From Felis catus (Eukaryota): DNA of 64,000 nucleotides. The DNA is taken from assembly GCF_018350175.1 (NCBI RefSeq), contig NC_058368.1, forward strand, positions 53,570,001 through 53,634,000, given 5' to 3'. A program made the position numbers and the translations under genes. The notes beneath the pieces are model-generated. The model saw only the letters and a list, made by a program, of their open reading frames with translations, was not told the origin of the DNA and searched no databases. Positions 49,310 through 62,089 of this stretch are shown in pieces. Each line of letters begins with the position of its first letter. Position 1 is the first letter of the stretch.

Positions 49310-50110
49310 TTGGTTACAGGTCATCCTATTCTTTGTATGCTTGATGATTTTGATTAAGTGCCAAATATTGTGAATTTTATAATGTTGGGTGCTAGATTTT
49401 TTTCTTTTTTTGTGCTTTAACTATTTCTGGGTGTTGCTCTGGGGTGCAATTAAGTTGGTTGGCATCAGTTTGATCCTTTTGAGGCTTGCTTTTAAGCATT
49501 CTTAGGCAGGTCCTGAGTGGCCTGTAGTCTGTGTCTAATTTGGCACCACTACTAAGGCAATGCCTACTTCTGTATTCTCCTCAAGGCTCCTTGTATTGTA
49601 CATGAGGTCTTGCTAGTCTGGCTAGTCTGGCGGGGGTAGGAACTCTTCCTAGTCCTGTGTGAGCTCTGGGAATTCTTGCTCCTCCTTTTAGTTCATTCTC
49701 TGGCTTCAGTAGTTTCCTTGCATGCTGTTCCGTACTCAAAGAAGCAAAGGAGTCTTCTGTTGACTTCTGAGCTGGCTTTCTGTGTTCCTCTCCTCTGTGT
49801 ACTCTCATTTTAGTTCCCATGACTTTCAACTCTGTCGTCTACTCAGGGAGACTGTCAAGCTCCATTTGTGTTCCCTCTCACTCTTGGTTGCACTGGAAAG
49901 CTCTACACTTGAGACAGGAGTGAGCTGGGTCACTTGTGGACCTTACCTTGTTGACCTTCTCTCAAAGATCCATTGTCCTATAGTCTGAAGTTTGAAAAGT
50001 GTTTCATGGATTTTTGTCAGCTTTTTAATTTTTTTTTCCTTTTTACAAGTAGATCAGGTGGGAAAACCCAGATGCTGTTACTGTCATGACTAGATGACCA
50101 GAAGTAGAAA
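49310..50110 (-). mobile_element. Ancient L1 5'-region fragment (L1M-type)
   Basis: tgccaaatattgtgaatttta...tgttgggtgctagattttt...cagtttgatccttttgaggcttgcttttaag. Confidence 0.6.
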
Positions 50111-50252
50111 TCAATATCTCTATGATGAGGCCACATTTTACCTAGCTATCCTTATCTACTATTTTTCAGTTTGAATTATCTTTTAGTTGATTATTCAGGC
50201 ATAGCATGATCAACCTTCCACATCTTTGAATGCTTAAAAAAATGTCCATCTT

Positions 50253-50440
50253 GGGGCGCCTGGGTAGCACAGTTGGTTAAGCATCCAACTCTTGATCTTG
50301 GCTCGAGTCATGATCTCATAGTTCGTGAGTCCAAGCCCCGCATCGGGCTCTGCATTGATGTGGTGGAGTCTGCTCTGTCTCTCCTTCTCTCTGACCCTCC
50401 CCCACTTGTGCTCTCTCTCTAAAATAAATAAACTTAAAAA
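50253..50440 (+). mobile_element. CAN-SINE
   Basis: Full SINE; TSD-like aaaaaaatgt(c/t)ca. Confidence 0.95.
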
Positions 50441-50556
50441 AATGTTCAAGAATTTTCTTTTTTGTCTTACATCTATTATAGGGTACCATATACACGAGTG
50501 CTATACAAATTTTAGACATAGTATTCATGCTTGAAAAAGCATATTTGTCCTTTATC

Positions 50557-50734
50557 TTTTTTAAAATTTTTATTTATTTTTGAGGGGTAGGAGGGGCAGA
50601 GAGCAAGGAAAACAGAGGATCTGAAGTAGGCTCTTCACTGACAGCAGATGTGGGGCTCAAACTCATGAACCTTGAGATCATGACCTTAGCCAAAGTCAGA
50701 CAGATGCTTAACTGTCTGAGCTTCCCAGGTGGCC
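50557..50734 (-). mobile_element. CAN-SINE
   Basis: SINE body; imperfect TSD aagcat...ccttta. Confidence 0.93.
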
Positions 50735-50762
50735 AAGCATTTTTCCCTTTAAAATGTGGCAT

Positions 50763-50968
50763 GGGGTGCCTGGGTGGCTCAGCTGGTTAAGCGTCTGACT
50801 TCAGCTCAGGTCATGATCTCATGGCTTGTGAGTTTGATCCCCACATTGGGCTCTGTGCTGACAGCTCAGAGCCTGGGGTCTGTTTCGGATTCTGTCTCCC
50901 TCTCTGTCTGCTTCCCCACTGCTTGCGGTCTGTCTCTCAAAAATGAGTAAACGTTAAAAAAAACCCCT
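50763..50968 (+). mobile_element. CAN-SINE
   Basis: Full SINE; TSD aaaatgt(g/a)gc(a/c)t. Confidence 0.96.
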
Positions 50969-53439
50969 AAAATGTAGCCTGAAACTAATTTGATCTCTTC
51001 ACTTGGTAAAGTGAGTGATAGATGCTGAATGAAAACAAAACTGCTACACATAGTTCTCTTTAGTACTCACCTACCATCTCCCCACATCCCTCCCACTCCC
51101 TCATTTAGCAGTAGATGCTTGCTAAATATACCAACTTGAAGAGCAAAGGGAATGATTGTAGACCCCCTTTTGGCCTTCTGAGTATTTGATATGTGGGTAT
51201 CTTCCAGTCCTAATGGTGACTGAAGTTTCTTACAAGAGATGTTGAATTTTCCATAACTCACAGTAAGTTGTATTATAAGACTTAATATCCATTCTTAGTT
51301 CTACAGTTAAATGGGGGCTTAAGGTAATAATGATCCAGTTTCTGAGGTTTACATTTCCAGACTCGAGGAGAATTCTCCTAAAGTACAGATAAATCAAGCA
51401 GATTTGGTTCTTGCATGTTCAGACACACACTGGGGGGGTGGGGGGGGGGGGTGGGGAGGATATATTTAAGAACAATGAAAAATAACTTTTTGTAAAATTC
51501 CAAATCTTATATTCTTTACACGAATCATAATTGAGATATCTTAAAATAATTCTTTAGTTGACCAGAATTTTTTTCTTAATCTTATGGTATATAAATACTT
51601 GTGTTTTAAAATAACTGGAATTATAACTTAAGAACAAACATTTTATGGTTGCTTGTTGAAATAAGTAGGTCTTATTCAAACAGGAGAATAAGGAATTTTT
51701 AAAGTAGAAAAAAATGATGAAATGATATGAAAACTGTCCCTCCACCAGTATTTACCATTTTTGAGTGTTGACGATAAAGTTTCAAGACCATTTGTCCTAA
51801 TTTTGAGTGCAGGTGGAATGTTATTTTCCTGCTTCCAAATGAAATATAGAGTTGGCTCATGACTTTTTGGTCACTTTATCAGTAATACAAACCCTTCTAG
51901 ACAATTTTAATTACTAAGAATCCAAGTTGAAAAATGTCTAGTCACATGCAGTGGGATTGAGGGCATGGTTCCCTCATTCTCTGTTTCCATGTCTAGTGCC
52001 TTTACTTCTCTCCCTTGGTCACTGGACTGACTTCTCTAGTGTTAATTAGTGGAGGAGGGGTGAAGAAGAGCTAGAAAGGGCAGAAGAGATCTTTCTCAAA
52101 TGTCTTTGACATGACCGAGCCTTACCTTGACTGTGGCAGATCTCATAATACTTGGGCTCTTTGAGGACCTGTCTCCATTCCCCATTGTCATACTGTATCT
52201 TCTTCATGAGTTTCATTGATGCGGATGAATGTGTCTTCTGTCATGGTCACCTAAAGTTCAGTTATCATTCTCTGATAATTCTAGCAGTTCCTCCAGTAGC
52301 TTTCTGCTGCTGTTTTTTTGCCCATCCAGGAAGCTGTCTTACACACAGGATCTAAGATGACTTTGCCACCTGCTTGCTCATGACCCACATTTAGTATATG
52401 AAAATATACATTTGAGACTCTGTCCATAGGAATGATACTATTTTTGAAATGATGGCTTGTACTCTGCTGCCCTAGTCAACCTCTTGTCCTTCCGATTACT
52501 CAGTTGAGTCAGACTGGTGTGTCTTCAGGCGACACATTTCATGCTCTCTGAATGGTCTTCTCAAAGTCTTATAGTTAGGCCTGAGGTTAGAAGACCATAC
52601 CATCGTCCCACTCCATTCTCAAAATGGGGGTGGATGAAGATCAACTACAATGGTGTCTAAAGAAATTCTCCCTCTAATTTCCAAATCCTTTCAGATCTTC
52701 AATTTCAACTATTTTTATGCCTTATAGTGGGCTTGAGGGGTCAATGTCATAACCAGTTTTTTAGCCACTTATTTTGCTAATTCTGATATGGGATTATATT
52801 TTTGAATGTCAAAATAGTTGGCACTTACTAATATGAAGACCTTAGCTGAAACTGAGACTGAAATAGTTTCATGGTAAAACTCTTACATTTACATTGTAAG
52901 ACGCGTTAGCTTGTCCAGACCACAAAAAGAAAAACATCCCCCCAAAGGAACCCTTAAGAGATGATATTATGTTAAATAATTAGTCTTACATTTTTAATGT
53001 GTACAAAAACAAATTGTGTTTTTAAGTTTATTTTCTGATTAATTTAGGTGTTTTTTTGCTTCGTTCCAAGAATGGAATCTATATTTATAGTGTTGTGCTT
53101 TTAGGAATAAGGCCAGGGGACTAATTAAATTGTTATTTTTTTTCCCAGAAAATTCCAACGTTGGTATAGTACTCAAAGGTAGAAACAATAGAGAAGAATA
53201 CACCTCAATATATGGAGTTCCTTCTAAAGGAGCCGTTCATGAAGGACTACTGTCTCCTTGGGAGCATAAAGTTATTGCTGTTGAGTTCTCTTTCCCATTA
53301 AGTGTGAAAGCAGACCTCTTCATGCCTTCTTAATTCTCCACATTTGGCCCTCTTTAGAACCTAAAAAGGTGTTCCATCTTGCATGAAAACCATTATTCTC
53401 TGTGGCCCAAGTCATGTCTGAATTCAGTGAGTCAGCAGG

Positions 53440-53457
53440 TGGCCACCAGGGGGCAGC
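53440..53457 (+). promoter_or_regulatory. Strong CTCF motif with adjacent AP-1 site
   Basis: TGGCCACCAGGGGGCAGC matches the CTCF core exactly; TGAGTCA at 53,428-53,434. Confidence 0.6.
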
Positions 53458-53697
53458 TATGTACAGCTTTTGGGTTTAATTCTGTAGGCACTGGGGAATT
53501 ATGGAAGGTTTCAGAGCAGGGGAGTGACCTAGTGAAAGTGTGTGTTGGGAAGATTAATTTGATAGCCAGGGTGAAGGGGAAAGAAGTGTCCCAGAAAGTC
53601 TGGTCGGGGACTACCACTGTAATTTGAAGAGAAGAAGGGCAGCAATGGCATCAAGGTAGAGACTAGGAATGGAAAAAGATTTCCAGAATGTTTGTTC

Positions 53698-53879
53698 TTT
53701 TTTTAATTAGAGAGTATGTGAGCCAGGGAGAAGGGCAGAGGGGGAAGGAGAGAGAGTCTTAAACGGAGTCCACGCTAGAGTGGAACCTGATACAAGGCTC
53801 AGTCCCGCGACCCTGGGACCATGACCTGAGCCAAAATCAAGGGTTGGACGCTTAACCGATTGAACCACCCAGGCACCCC
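53698..53879 (-). mobile_element. CAN-SINE
   Basis: SINE head ...accacccaggcacccc; TSD agaatgtt..ttct. Confidence 0.94.
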
Positions 53880-54479
53880 TAGAATGTTCATTCTGAATTA
53901 AACTCAGGACCACATGACTAAGTGGATATGGAGAAAGAAAATAGAAAACAATCTTCTACTTAGAGAATGTTAATTCTGAAAATCAAAATAAAACAGTTAG
54001 CTACATTCGTCCCCTTATCATCCATTTCATTTTAGTGAATTTTTTAAATTGAGGATATTCTACAAATTTTCATCTATCAAAAGAGGATTTTTGGAATACT
54101 AGACATTTCAATTCCTGATAGTTTCTGGAGATTTTGGAAGGAGTTGTCAGTTGGCCTCTTTTCTTGAAAGAGAAAAGGAATTAGAGTAAGGCAAATATGT
54201 TGTCTCCCCTTTCTTTGTTATATAGTCTTTTTTTTTTTTTTTGTCCATTAAAATGGTAGGTGTTTGGAGAAAGAAGGCCTGACTCTATCTCTCTGAATGC
54301 AGGGCAAGCCAGTGGAAAACTGTGTTGGGGGAAGATATTACCTCAGAAGAGCTTCATGTTACTATGCATGCCCACATTACTTCCTGAAGCATGCAACCTC
54401 ACCTTATTAATAAGGGTATTAAGTGGAAAGATTTCCCCTAAACACAAATCCCTGCCAAATATATCTGAGAAGGGAGATC

Positions 54480-54660
54480 CCAATGTAGTGCATGTATTAT
54501 GTGTATTATACAGTGTATCCTTACGGTAAAGGAAGCTAGATAAAAGAAAATTATCAAAATCATAAGGAATAGAGAATACATTTACACTACTGTATTTAAA
54601 AAAAAAAAGCCACGTATAAGTGGACCCGTGTTCAAATCTGTGTTGTTCAAGGGTCAGTTG
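54480..54660. mobile_element. Tigger2-like (TcMar) terminal fragment
   Basis: cgtataagtggacccgtgttcaaatctgtgttgttcaagggtcagttg|ta: terminal inverted repeat followed by TA. Confidence 0.85.
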
Positions 54661-55099
54661 TACTCCCCCTATTTTGGTTGGGTTGAAAGTGGAAAAGGCA
54701 AAATACTACAATAAATGCAATGAAGTTTTGAGGTTTTGCTGCCAGGGAATCTGCATCAGTAGTTTTGATATAGAATTATATGTGTCATGCCAGACCTTCT
54801 AAATTATGTAGTTAATTTCAGCAGACAAGCACTCAGGCAAAGATTTTTAAAGGCTGTGGGTTCCTGGATTCGCTCTTACTGCTCCCTGGAATTCTGGGGA
54901 ATTCCTGGCCCAGGTCTTTGCCACATTGGGCTACTGCGCGTTTTATGTCTATTGAGGTCACTCATAGGTGGCACTTACCTCTTTGGGTTGTCTACATTGC
55001 CTTTTGGTACCTTAAAGGTGTTTATCACTTATGACTCATCCCAGTACAGAGATGCCTTTTCCTTTTCATGGCTTCATAATATATTCAGAGACTAACCAG

Positions 55100-55750
55100 T
55101 GCTATATTCACCTACCCAGTGCTACTACCATTGACAAGCCTCCATAGTATCTTAGCTGGATTTCTAGAATTGCCTTTTAACAAGTAATCATGCATCTACC
55201 ATAGCTCCCCCTACAGTCTGTTTTTCAACATTACAGCTGGTAATCCTGATGGTCCATTCATGTTCCCCCTTAACTGAAAATTCAGCAATGACTCCTAATT
55301 TCACTCTTAAAGACAAAGTCCTTATAAAGACTTAAAGTTCTCTGCTACCTCACCTCCTGTGTCTCCTGCTTCACTCATTGCACTTTACTCACATTTCCCT
55401 AGAATACTCCAGACATGGCAAAATGCCTTAGGTCTTTCAAGTCCTCTGGAGATTTAGGAGAAAACGGGGCCAACCCTGGCTGCCCTGTTTGAATTGCAAA
55501 CTTCTCTTCCCTTGATTCCCTGATTCCCTTACCTTGTTCCACCCCCATCCCCCAGCAGTTCTCTCTATAATTCTAATGTGCTATGTAATTTTTTATGTTT
55601 TCCTTTTTAAAATCTGTTCTTCTCTCTCCATCCACTGGAATATGAGCTCCACAAAGGCAGAGATCTTTATCTGTTGTATTCACTAATGTATTGCATCTGC
55701 CTAAAATGGTGGCCAGAACAGTGCCTAGAAAAGAACAATAGATAATCAAT
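55100..55750 (+). mobile_element. L2 3' part
   Basis: cactggaatatgagctccacaaaggcagagatcttt...agaacagtgccta. Confidence 0.8.
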
Positions 55751-56499
55751 AATGAAAGAGCATACAGTCCCTTTATTAATTTGTGAAACTTGAGTAGGAT
55801 CTAAGAATTAGATGTAGATATGGATCTCTTATGATACTGAGATTACATAGGAGGGTGTCCTTGTTTATAGGAAATAGACACTAATGTATCCAAGGGTCAT
55901 GAGGCCTCCGTGGACAAATTACTTTTAAATCATTTGAAAAATGACTCGGGTACTTTTTTTTTTTTTTTTTTTTGCTACATTTCATTAAGTTGAGATCATT
56001 TCAAAATAGTGATTTAAAAAGTGGGTTTTTGTGAAATGACGTGGGGGTAAAGACGGCTGGTGTGCAGGAAAGGAAAGGAGATGCCACACGGACTTGCTTA
56101 GGTTGCTAGCAGTATTCTTATTTACCACCCACTTCTTGGGGGCGGGGAGTGTCTCCTAGAGCCCCTTAGATTCAGGGCTTTGTTTCACCACACAACCTTC
56201 ACCTTCCTGTAGTACACAGGACTTCAGGAGGCTGGGCCAGCGTAGGTTCAAGTACAATCACCTCCTGTGCCTTGAATCAGTGCTTTTGTATTTCTCCACA
56301 CCATGATGTTAAGTCTGAGCCGTTCTGATTATTTTAGGTTCCTGGTTACTCTCTGCCTTCCACCAAGATTCTTCATCTACGTGTGCTGGAAAACACCAGA
56401 CATATGCCTCTTCCTTCTGGTCCTTGTGCCCTCAAACACTTCCCTCCCCCTGCCCAATATCCCCAGAGTTCCTTCTTATCTTTCATATCTTATGACTTC

Positions 56500-56720
56500 T
56501 TGTATTTAAAATTGTTTGCTCCCCTTCCTCACTAACACACGGTCTCATTCACCTGCTGATTTTCTCTCTCCTGAAGAGAATGTAAGGTCTAAGAAAGCAG
56601 AAGATTTTTTTTAATCAATGTTACTTTGTTACTGATATAAGTTCAGGTTGTAGAACGGTACTTAGCACACCCCAGGCACTTGGTAAATAGTTTGTAGATA
56701 AATTAAACAAATGCATTCAC
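56500..56720 (+). mobile_element. L2 3' end
   Basis: gaatgtaagg...tagaacggtacttagcacac...ggcacttggtaaata. Confidence 0.65.
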
Positions 56721-57029
56721 TATTGTGGATAGGATTCCATGAGTTGTATTTGGGACTGACCTCACATTGTGGCATTCTGAGTCTCCGTTCCAACCTGGCC
56801 AGAAACCCTGTTACATTTAATAAATGAGAGCATCTGTTTTCTAAAACAGCAGTATTCTTTTCAGTTCCAGCAAGGATTGGGAGATTGTCTGGAGTAGGTG
56901 ATCCTCACAGAAAATCTTAATTTTTCTTCAAGTATGCGAAACTTCCTATAAAAATAGGTTGCACCAGGGATATTTGTGTTTCTGGAATGGGAGGAAGAAC
57001 AAGTCTCTTCTTGATAGGATCCAAAGTCC

Positions 57030-57155
57030 ATTATTTCTCAAAACTTAGGGACTTAAAACACTGATAACATTTTGCTCATGAATTTGCGATTTGGGTAGAG
57101 CTCAAAGGAGATAGTTTGTGTCTCTCCTACTTAGTATCAACTGGGGCAGCTTGAT
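57030..57155 (-). mobile_element. MLT1 LTR fragment
   Basis: ctcaaaacttagggacttaaaaca...tttgctcatgaatttgcgatttggg. Confidence 0.7.
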
Positions 57156-57544
57156 AGTCTACTGAAATTTTATCTGCTTTATGCCTTATCGAAAAGGATA
57201 GGAGCAAAGTGGCGTTTGCCAGCTAATGGGTAACATCAACATATGCTGTGGTTAAAAAGCAGAGCACTCTGGAATTATAAGTTCAGTTTTGGCAGCATGT
57301 TTTGAAAGAATAAAATAATAAGGAGCACTTATGTTGGCGGTATAATGTTCTATAAATGGGTATCTAATGTGAAAGGAGAAACATTATTTATAAAATGAGT
57401 TCCACAATTAGGGTAGTTCTAGAAATATATGTCATCTCCTATTGTAGCCTAAAAGCTTAAACCCATGGGAAAGATTCTAAAATAGATTTCAACTTGGGAG
57501 GAAACATGTTGGGGAAAATAAGCAGAGAAAACGTTCTGGTTCTC

Positions 57545-59890
57545 TACTGGTGTGCAGCAAACTCTCAAAACTTAGTGGTTTAAAGGAACCATCCCCTGCC
57601 CCCACCCTGCCAATAACGCAGATCAGGAATTTGGGAATGGCTCCAGATGGTGTGATCAAGGGCAGCTCAGGCTGCAGCATCCACTTCCAAGATGGCTTCT
57701 TTACGCATATATTTGGCGCCTCCATGCTCCTCGGCCTTTCTCTCCATACCGCGTCTCATCCGATAGGGCCTCTGCTGATGACTTATGCTTCTCACAGCTT
57801 GGTGGTTTTAAGAAGCTCAGATATCTTACTTGGTGGCTTAGGGCTCTCAGATCATGTTCCAAGGGACCCTGACAGAAACTGGAAGGCTTTCCATAATCTG
57901 GCCTCAGAAGTCCTAGTGTGTCACCTATACTGTATTCTATAGGTCAAGCAAATCACTAACGCCAGTCAAGATTCAATGGAAAAAGTAGCTAGGAATTTGT
58001 AGGCACATTTAACCTTACAGTCTGCCTTTTGGCCAAAAGTTACTTCCATTTCCCCAAAGCACACAAGACATTCACATATTCCAAAGCCCCCCCCAGTCTC
58101 CTCTTTTTTTTTTTTCAACATTGGCTTGAAGTCTGGGATCTGATCAGTTACATCAGGTCCAGATGTAAGCTTCTCAGATGAAGTTTGAGTATAGTTCTGA
58201 AGACTTGTGAGCCAGAGATGAGTTTTCCCTTTTCCCCAACACACAACATAAAATGGTGGAACTGGACGGGAGAACCACAATGGACACCGGTGCAAAAAGG
58301 GGGAAACAGAAGTTATCTGAGCAGTCATTGGTTTGTAGCAGCGGTGAAATCTAGTTGGGCTTGTGATGCCACTTCCTTGATTAGGGCCCAGTCCTGCCCC
58401 ATGAGAACGCTTCTCCCTGGCTATTTGGCCTCTGGACTCTTGGTTCTGTCACTGAGTCATGCTTCCTTCTCCATGAGAAATGGTCCTTGTTTCCAGCTAA
58501 CTAGTTTACTTAGCCCTGCTGTCTTTGCAAAGACATTCAAACGTTCAAAGGCTTCTTTTCATTTTGTAATTTCAGTTCAAACTAATATGATTCCTTTAAA
58601 AACTTTATGGGTTTGTGTATCAAATTATAATCCACTCCGTTGGTTCAAAGCCAGACCACCCTTGTTTCTGAAATAGGTGCTTTGTTTGTTTTTAAACCTA
58701 CAACTGGGAGTCTGGATGCTTACAGAAAATATCCTTAAGATTTTTAGAGGCACTTTTGTCTAGGAGAGAGGATCTGAACAGCACAGGACCCTAAGATTTT
58801 TAGAAGCCCTAGTGTATACATCCTTCAGTCATTCTTTGCTGTACTCTGATATGGTTACCCTAAGGATGCTTTACTGGTAGTGCTGGAGGTTTAGTATTTG
58901 CCTGGAGGCCATTTCTTATTTTCAGAGCCTTTTGCTAATTAGAGAAACTAGGATTTAAAAAGTTTTATTTTTAAATCCAGCAACTCCTGGTTCTTTTATA
59001 CTTCTCAATTTTGTTTGAAAGCTGAACAGTTTTTGTTTTTGTTTTTGTTTTTTTTAATTCTCTTGAACATTATCCTACACAGCTATAATGAGCTAATTGA
59101 CACTTTCAGCATTTTATCTGGAAATCTCTTTGGATAAATAAATCATTTCATCAGGTTTTTTGTTTGTTGCAAATTATGGGGGGTGGGGGGTGGGGCGGCA
59201 TAATGTTGCCAAATCTCCTACCACTACAGAATAGAGGTGGCCTTTTCCCCCAGGCTCTGGTTCCTATTTCCTCATAGTCCTTCAAGTCCAGCGAGCCCCT
59301 TCCAACTTTTGCTCACTGCTGGGTCCATAAGCCAGTGTTACACATTTTAGGTTTTTGTTTATAATGACATCCCAATTCGGGTACCAAATTCCGTTCTATT
59401 TCATTTATCACTACACAACATGATGACTTAGAACAACCATTTAATTTTGCTCGGGATTTTCTGATCTGGGAATTTGAGCAAGGCTCAGTGGGATGTTTGT
59501 TTCTGATCTATTGTGGCATCATCTGAGGCATTTAGAATCAGAGAAGCCACTTAATAAGGTGGCTTCTTCACTCACATATTTGATTGCTTTTTGGTGTCTC
59601 TTGCTTGCCATGTGCTGTCTCCAGGACTTCTTCATATGGCTTGAACTCCTTACATCCTGATGGTCTGACTTCTTACGTGGTAGCTTGGGGGCTCCCACAT
59701 GGAGTGTTCTGAGAGGTCTGGGAAGAAGTTGCAAGGTTTCTTATCACCCAGTCTCAGAAGTGCCAGAACAACCCATCTGCTACGTTCTCCTGATCAATCA
59801 ACATACCAAGCCCAGCCCAGATTCAGAAAGAGGGGAATTAGACTGGACCTCTCAATGGGAAGAGTAGCAAAGAATTTGCTGCCACTATTG
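57545..59890 (-). mobile_element. Full-structure MaLR (MLT1H-like): LTR-internal-LTR
   Basis: Two colinear related LTRs (about 57,545-58,019 and 59,391-59,890) flank about 1.37 kb of internal sequence, which starts on the minus strand with GAATTTGGTACC. Confidence 0.85.
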
Positions 59891-61477
59891 AAGACCTCAA
59901 GAATTCAAGGGTTGAGAGGTTTTGGTGGTCAATCAGATTTTAGAATTTTATTTATGCTAAAGGTATTCAGGCAGTATTTACCTTCTATCACTTGTCCTTG
60001 AGTACATTATTATACTGTGTTGAAAAACCTACTTTCAGGAATTTGAGGGGTCAATGAGGGGGTAGAGACTGCTGTAGAGTTTTTAAAGCTATCAAAATGT
60101 ATATACGTATTCATTGGTTTTGCTCTGGTACTGAATTTAAAGGAAGGGAAATTGGGTTACCAGAATATCCAAATTCAATTATCACATTTGTTGCTGAATG
60201 TTCCTAGGCACGAAGACATGAGATATTTGCTCAGCTGGCTGATGAATTTTACGGAGTGTCTGGCTTTTCCTGAATTTCAGAGAAATACAGGGTTTATATC
60301 TTAAACCGCAGATAGCGTGTATGTGGGGAAATGGAGCCAAAAAGCGCAGAAACTATCATAGTCTCTTATATGGTTCTGGCTTAATAGAGAAAAATGCATG
60401 GACAACTCACACTTTGGTCTTTGTTCCCACAGTCTGGCTAGTGTCATTTCTGCAACTCCCTGCTGATGTAGGACGAAAAAGGATCTAGGATCCCCGATAA
60501 TGAAGACCCTTTGGGAAAGAAAGAAAACTCCTATTCAAAATCCCCTTTCTACATGTTTCTGACCTTGTTTTGATCTTAAAACTTTTCCAAAAACAAAAAG
60601 GAAACAAGATAAAGTTTCTTTCCCAGAACTTCAAGACACATTTAAAGTTATAATGGGAACTTTGAAATCTATGTCTAACTGTCATCAGTAATTAGAACTA
60701 CATGAATTTTTTTGTTTTGTTTTGTTTTTTGTTTTTGTTTAGTAGGTTTGCGAGATGTCCGTTTCTGGGGGAGAAAAAAACCCAAAACCTGTTCTATTTG
60801 TGTGTGAGTATTAAAACCTCTAAATATGTTAAAAGAGCATAAAAGCAATTTGTTCACCAGGCCAATTTTTTCCCTCAAACCTTAACATCTTTGCATAGCC
60901 AATTGCATCTTAATCTTACCACAGTCGAGCTTTTGCCATTTCCCCAGAAGCTTGATAACTATTGGCACTAGGGTCTGGTTCTCAGGCTCAGGGCAGACAG
61001 ACGCACCGCTGCCCAGCACACACACAGAGCTGATGGCAGTAATGAGATAATGACTTGATAACACGCATATGCTCCTCGCTCCCTGAATGCGAGCTTGGGC
61101 AAGTATCAGTTATGACAGATTTGGCCCTTTATCCAAGTCGGCCTAAACCAAGCCAGATATCACTGGCAATTTTCTCCGATGAGTAAGATCGTTCTTACGA
61201 AGCCGCTAACTTCTGACTTCGAAATCATTATTTCAAAAACAGTGTATTTCTGCTTACATATTTGGTGGCAACTCTCAGTGAAATGGCAAAACCTTTGAAG
61301 ATGCTCTTGCTAACTTGGAAGCTGGACAGTAATCAGACAAAATAAAAAATGTGGTCATAAAAAATATAGTTTAGAGAAGGCAACTAAGAAGTTTATTTTA
61401 CTGGGGAGAAAAGATGATAGTTGATAAAATTCTGATTGACAGAGTATTGCTACTACTGTGTGAGAAAGTAAGGTCAC

Positions 61478-61693
61478 GGAGCCCCTGGGTGGCGCACTTG
61501 ATTAAGCGTCTGACCCTTGATTTCAGCTCAGCTCATGATCTCACGGCTGTGAGACTGAGCCCTGCGTCAGGCTCCACGCTGATTGTGGAGCCTGCTTAAG
61601 ATTCTTTCTCCCTCTGCCCCTCCCCTGTGTGCTGTTTCTCTCCGTCCCTCTCTCTGCCCTTCCCCTGCATGTGTGTGTGCTCTAAAAAAAAAA
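61478..61693 (+). mobile_element. CAN-SINE with duplicated pyrimidine segment
   Basis: SINE head; ctctgccc(c/t)tcccctg occurs twice; TSD-like aaagta...ggtcac. Confidence 0.92.
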
Positions 61694-62089
61694 AAGTACG
61701 GCGGTCACAGACCACACCAAGCTCTAAAGTTCTGTGCAGAGTCTGGTGTTATCCATGGCGATCTGTCTTATGTGCACCCATCTCCCACTTCTGGCATGGG
61801 AAGAATATGTCTGGGCGATATCTAGAATTTGGAGATGGAAAATCCTTATTGATCTAGTGGGTCCATGATGTAGAGAATTTAAGATGCCTTGTTCATTGCT
61901 CTTGGGAATAGTTACTGAATTAGGTCTTTTGATCCAGCTTAGTGTGTTTTTAACCAATCCGCGTTGCCAGGCTGAATGCTACTGTTTTTGTTCCTCCTCA
62001 GCTACGTTTTGGGTATCAGTGATTTTATGGGTTTAATCAAGGAAACACCTGCCTTATGTTAGGAATCAGGGATCCACGAATTAACAGTT

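Noticed and set aside
58185..58676. 163-aa + strand ORF
   Set aside because: Lies antisense within the MaLR internal sequence; no protein-like features.
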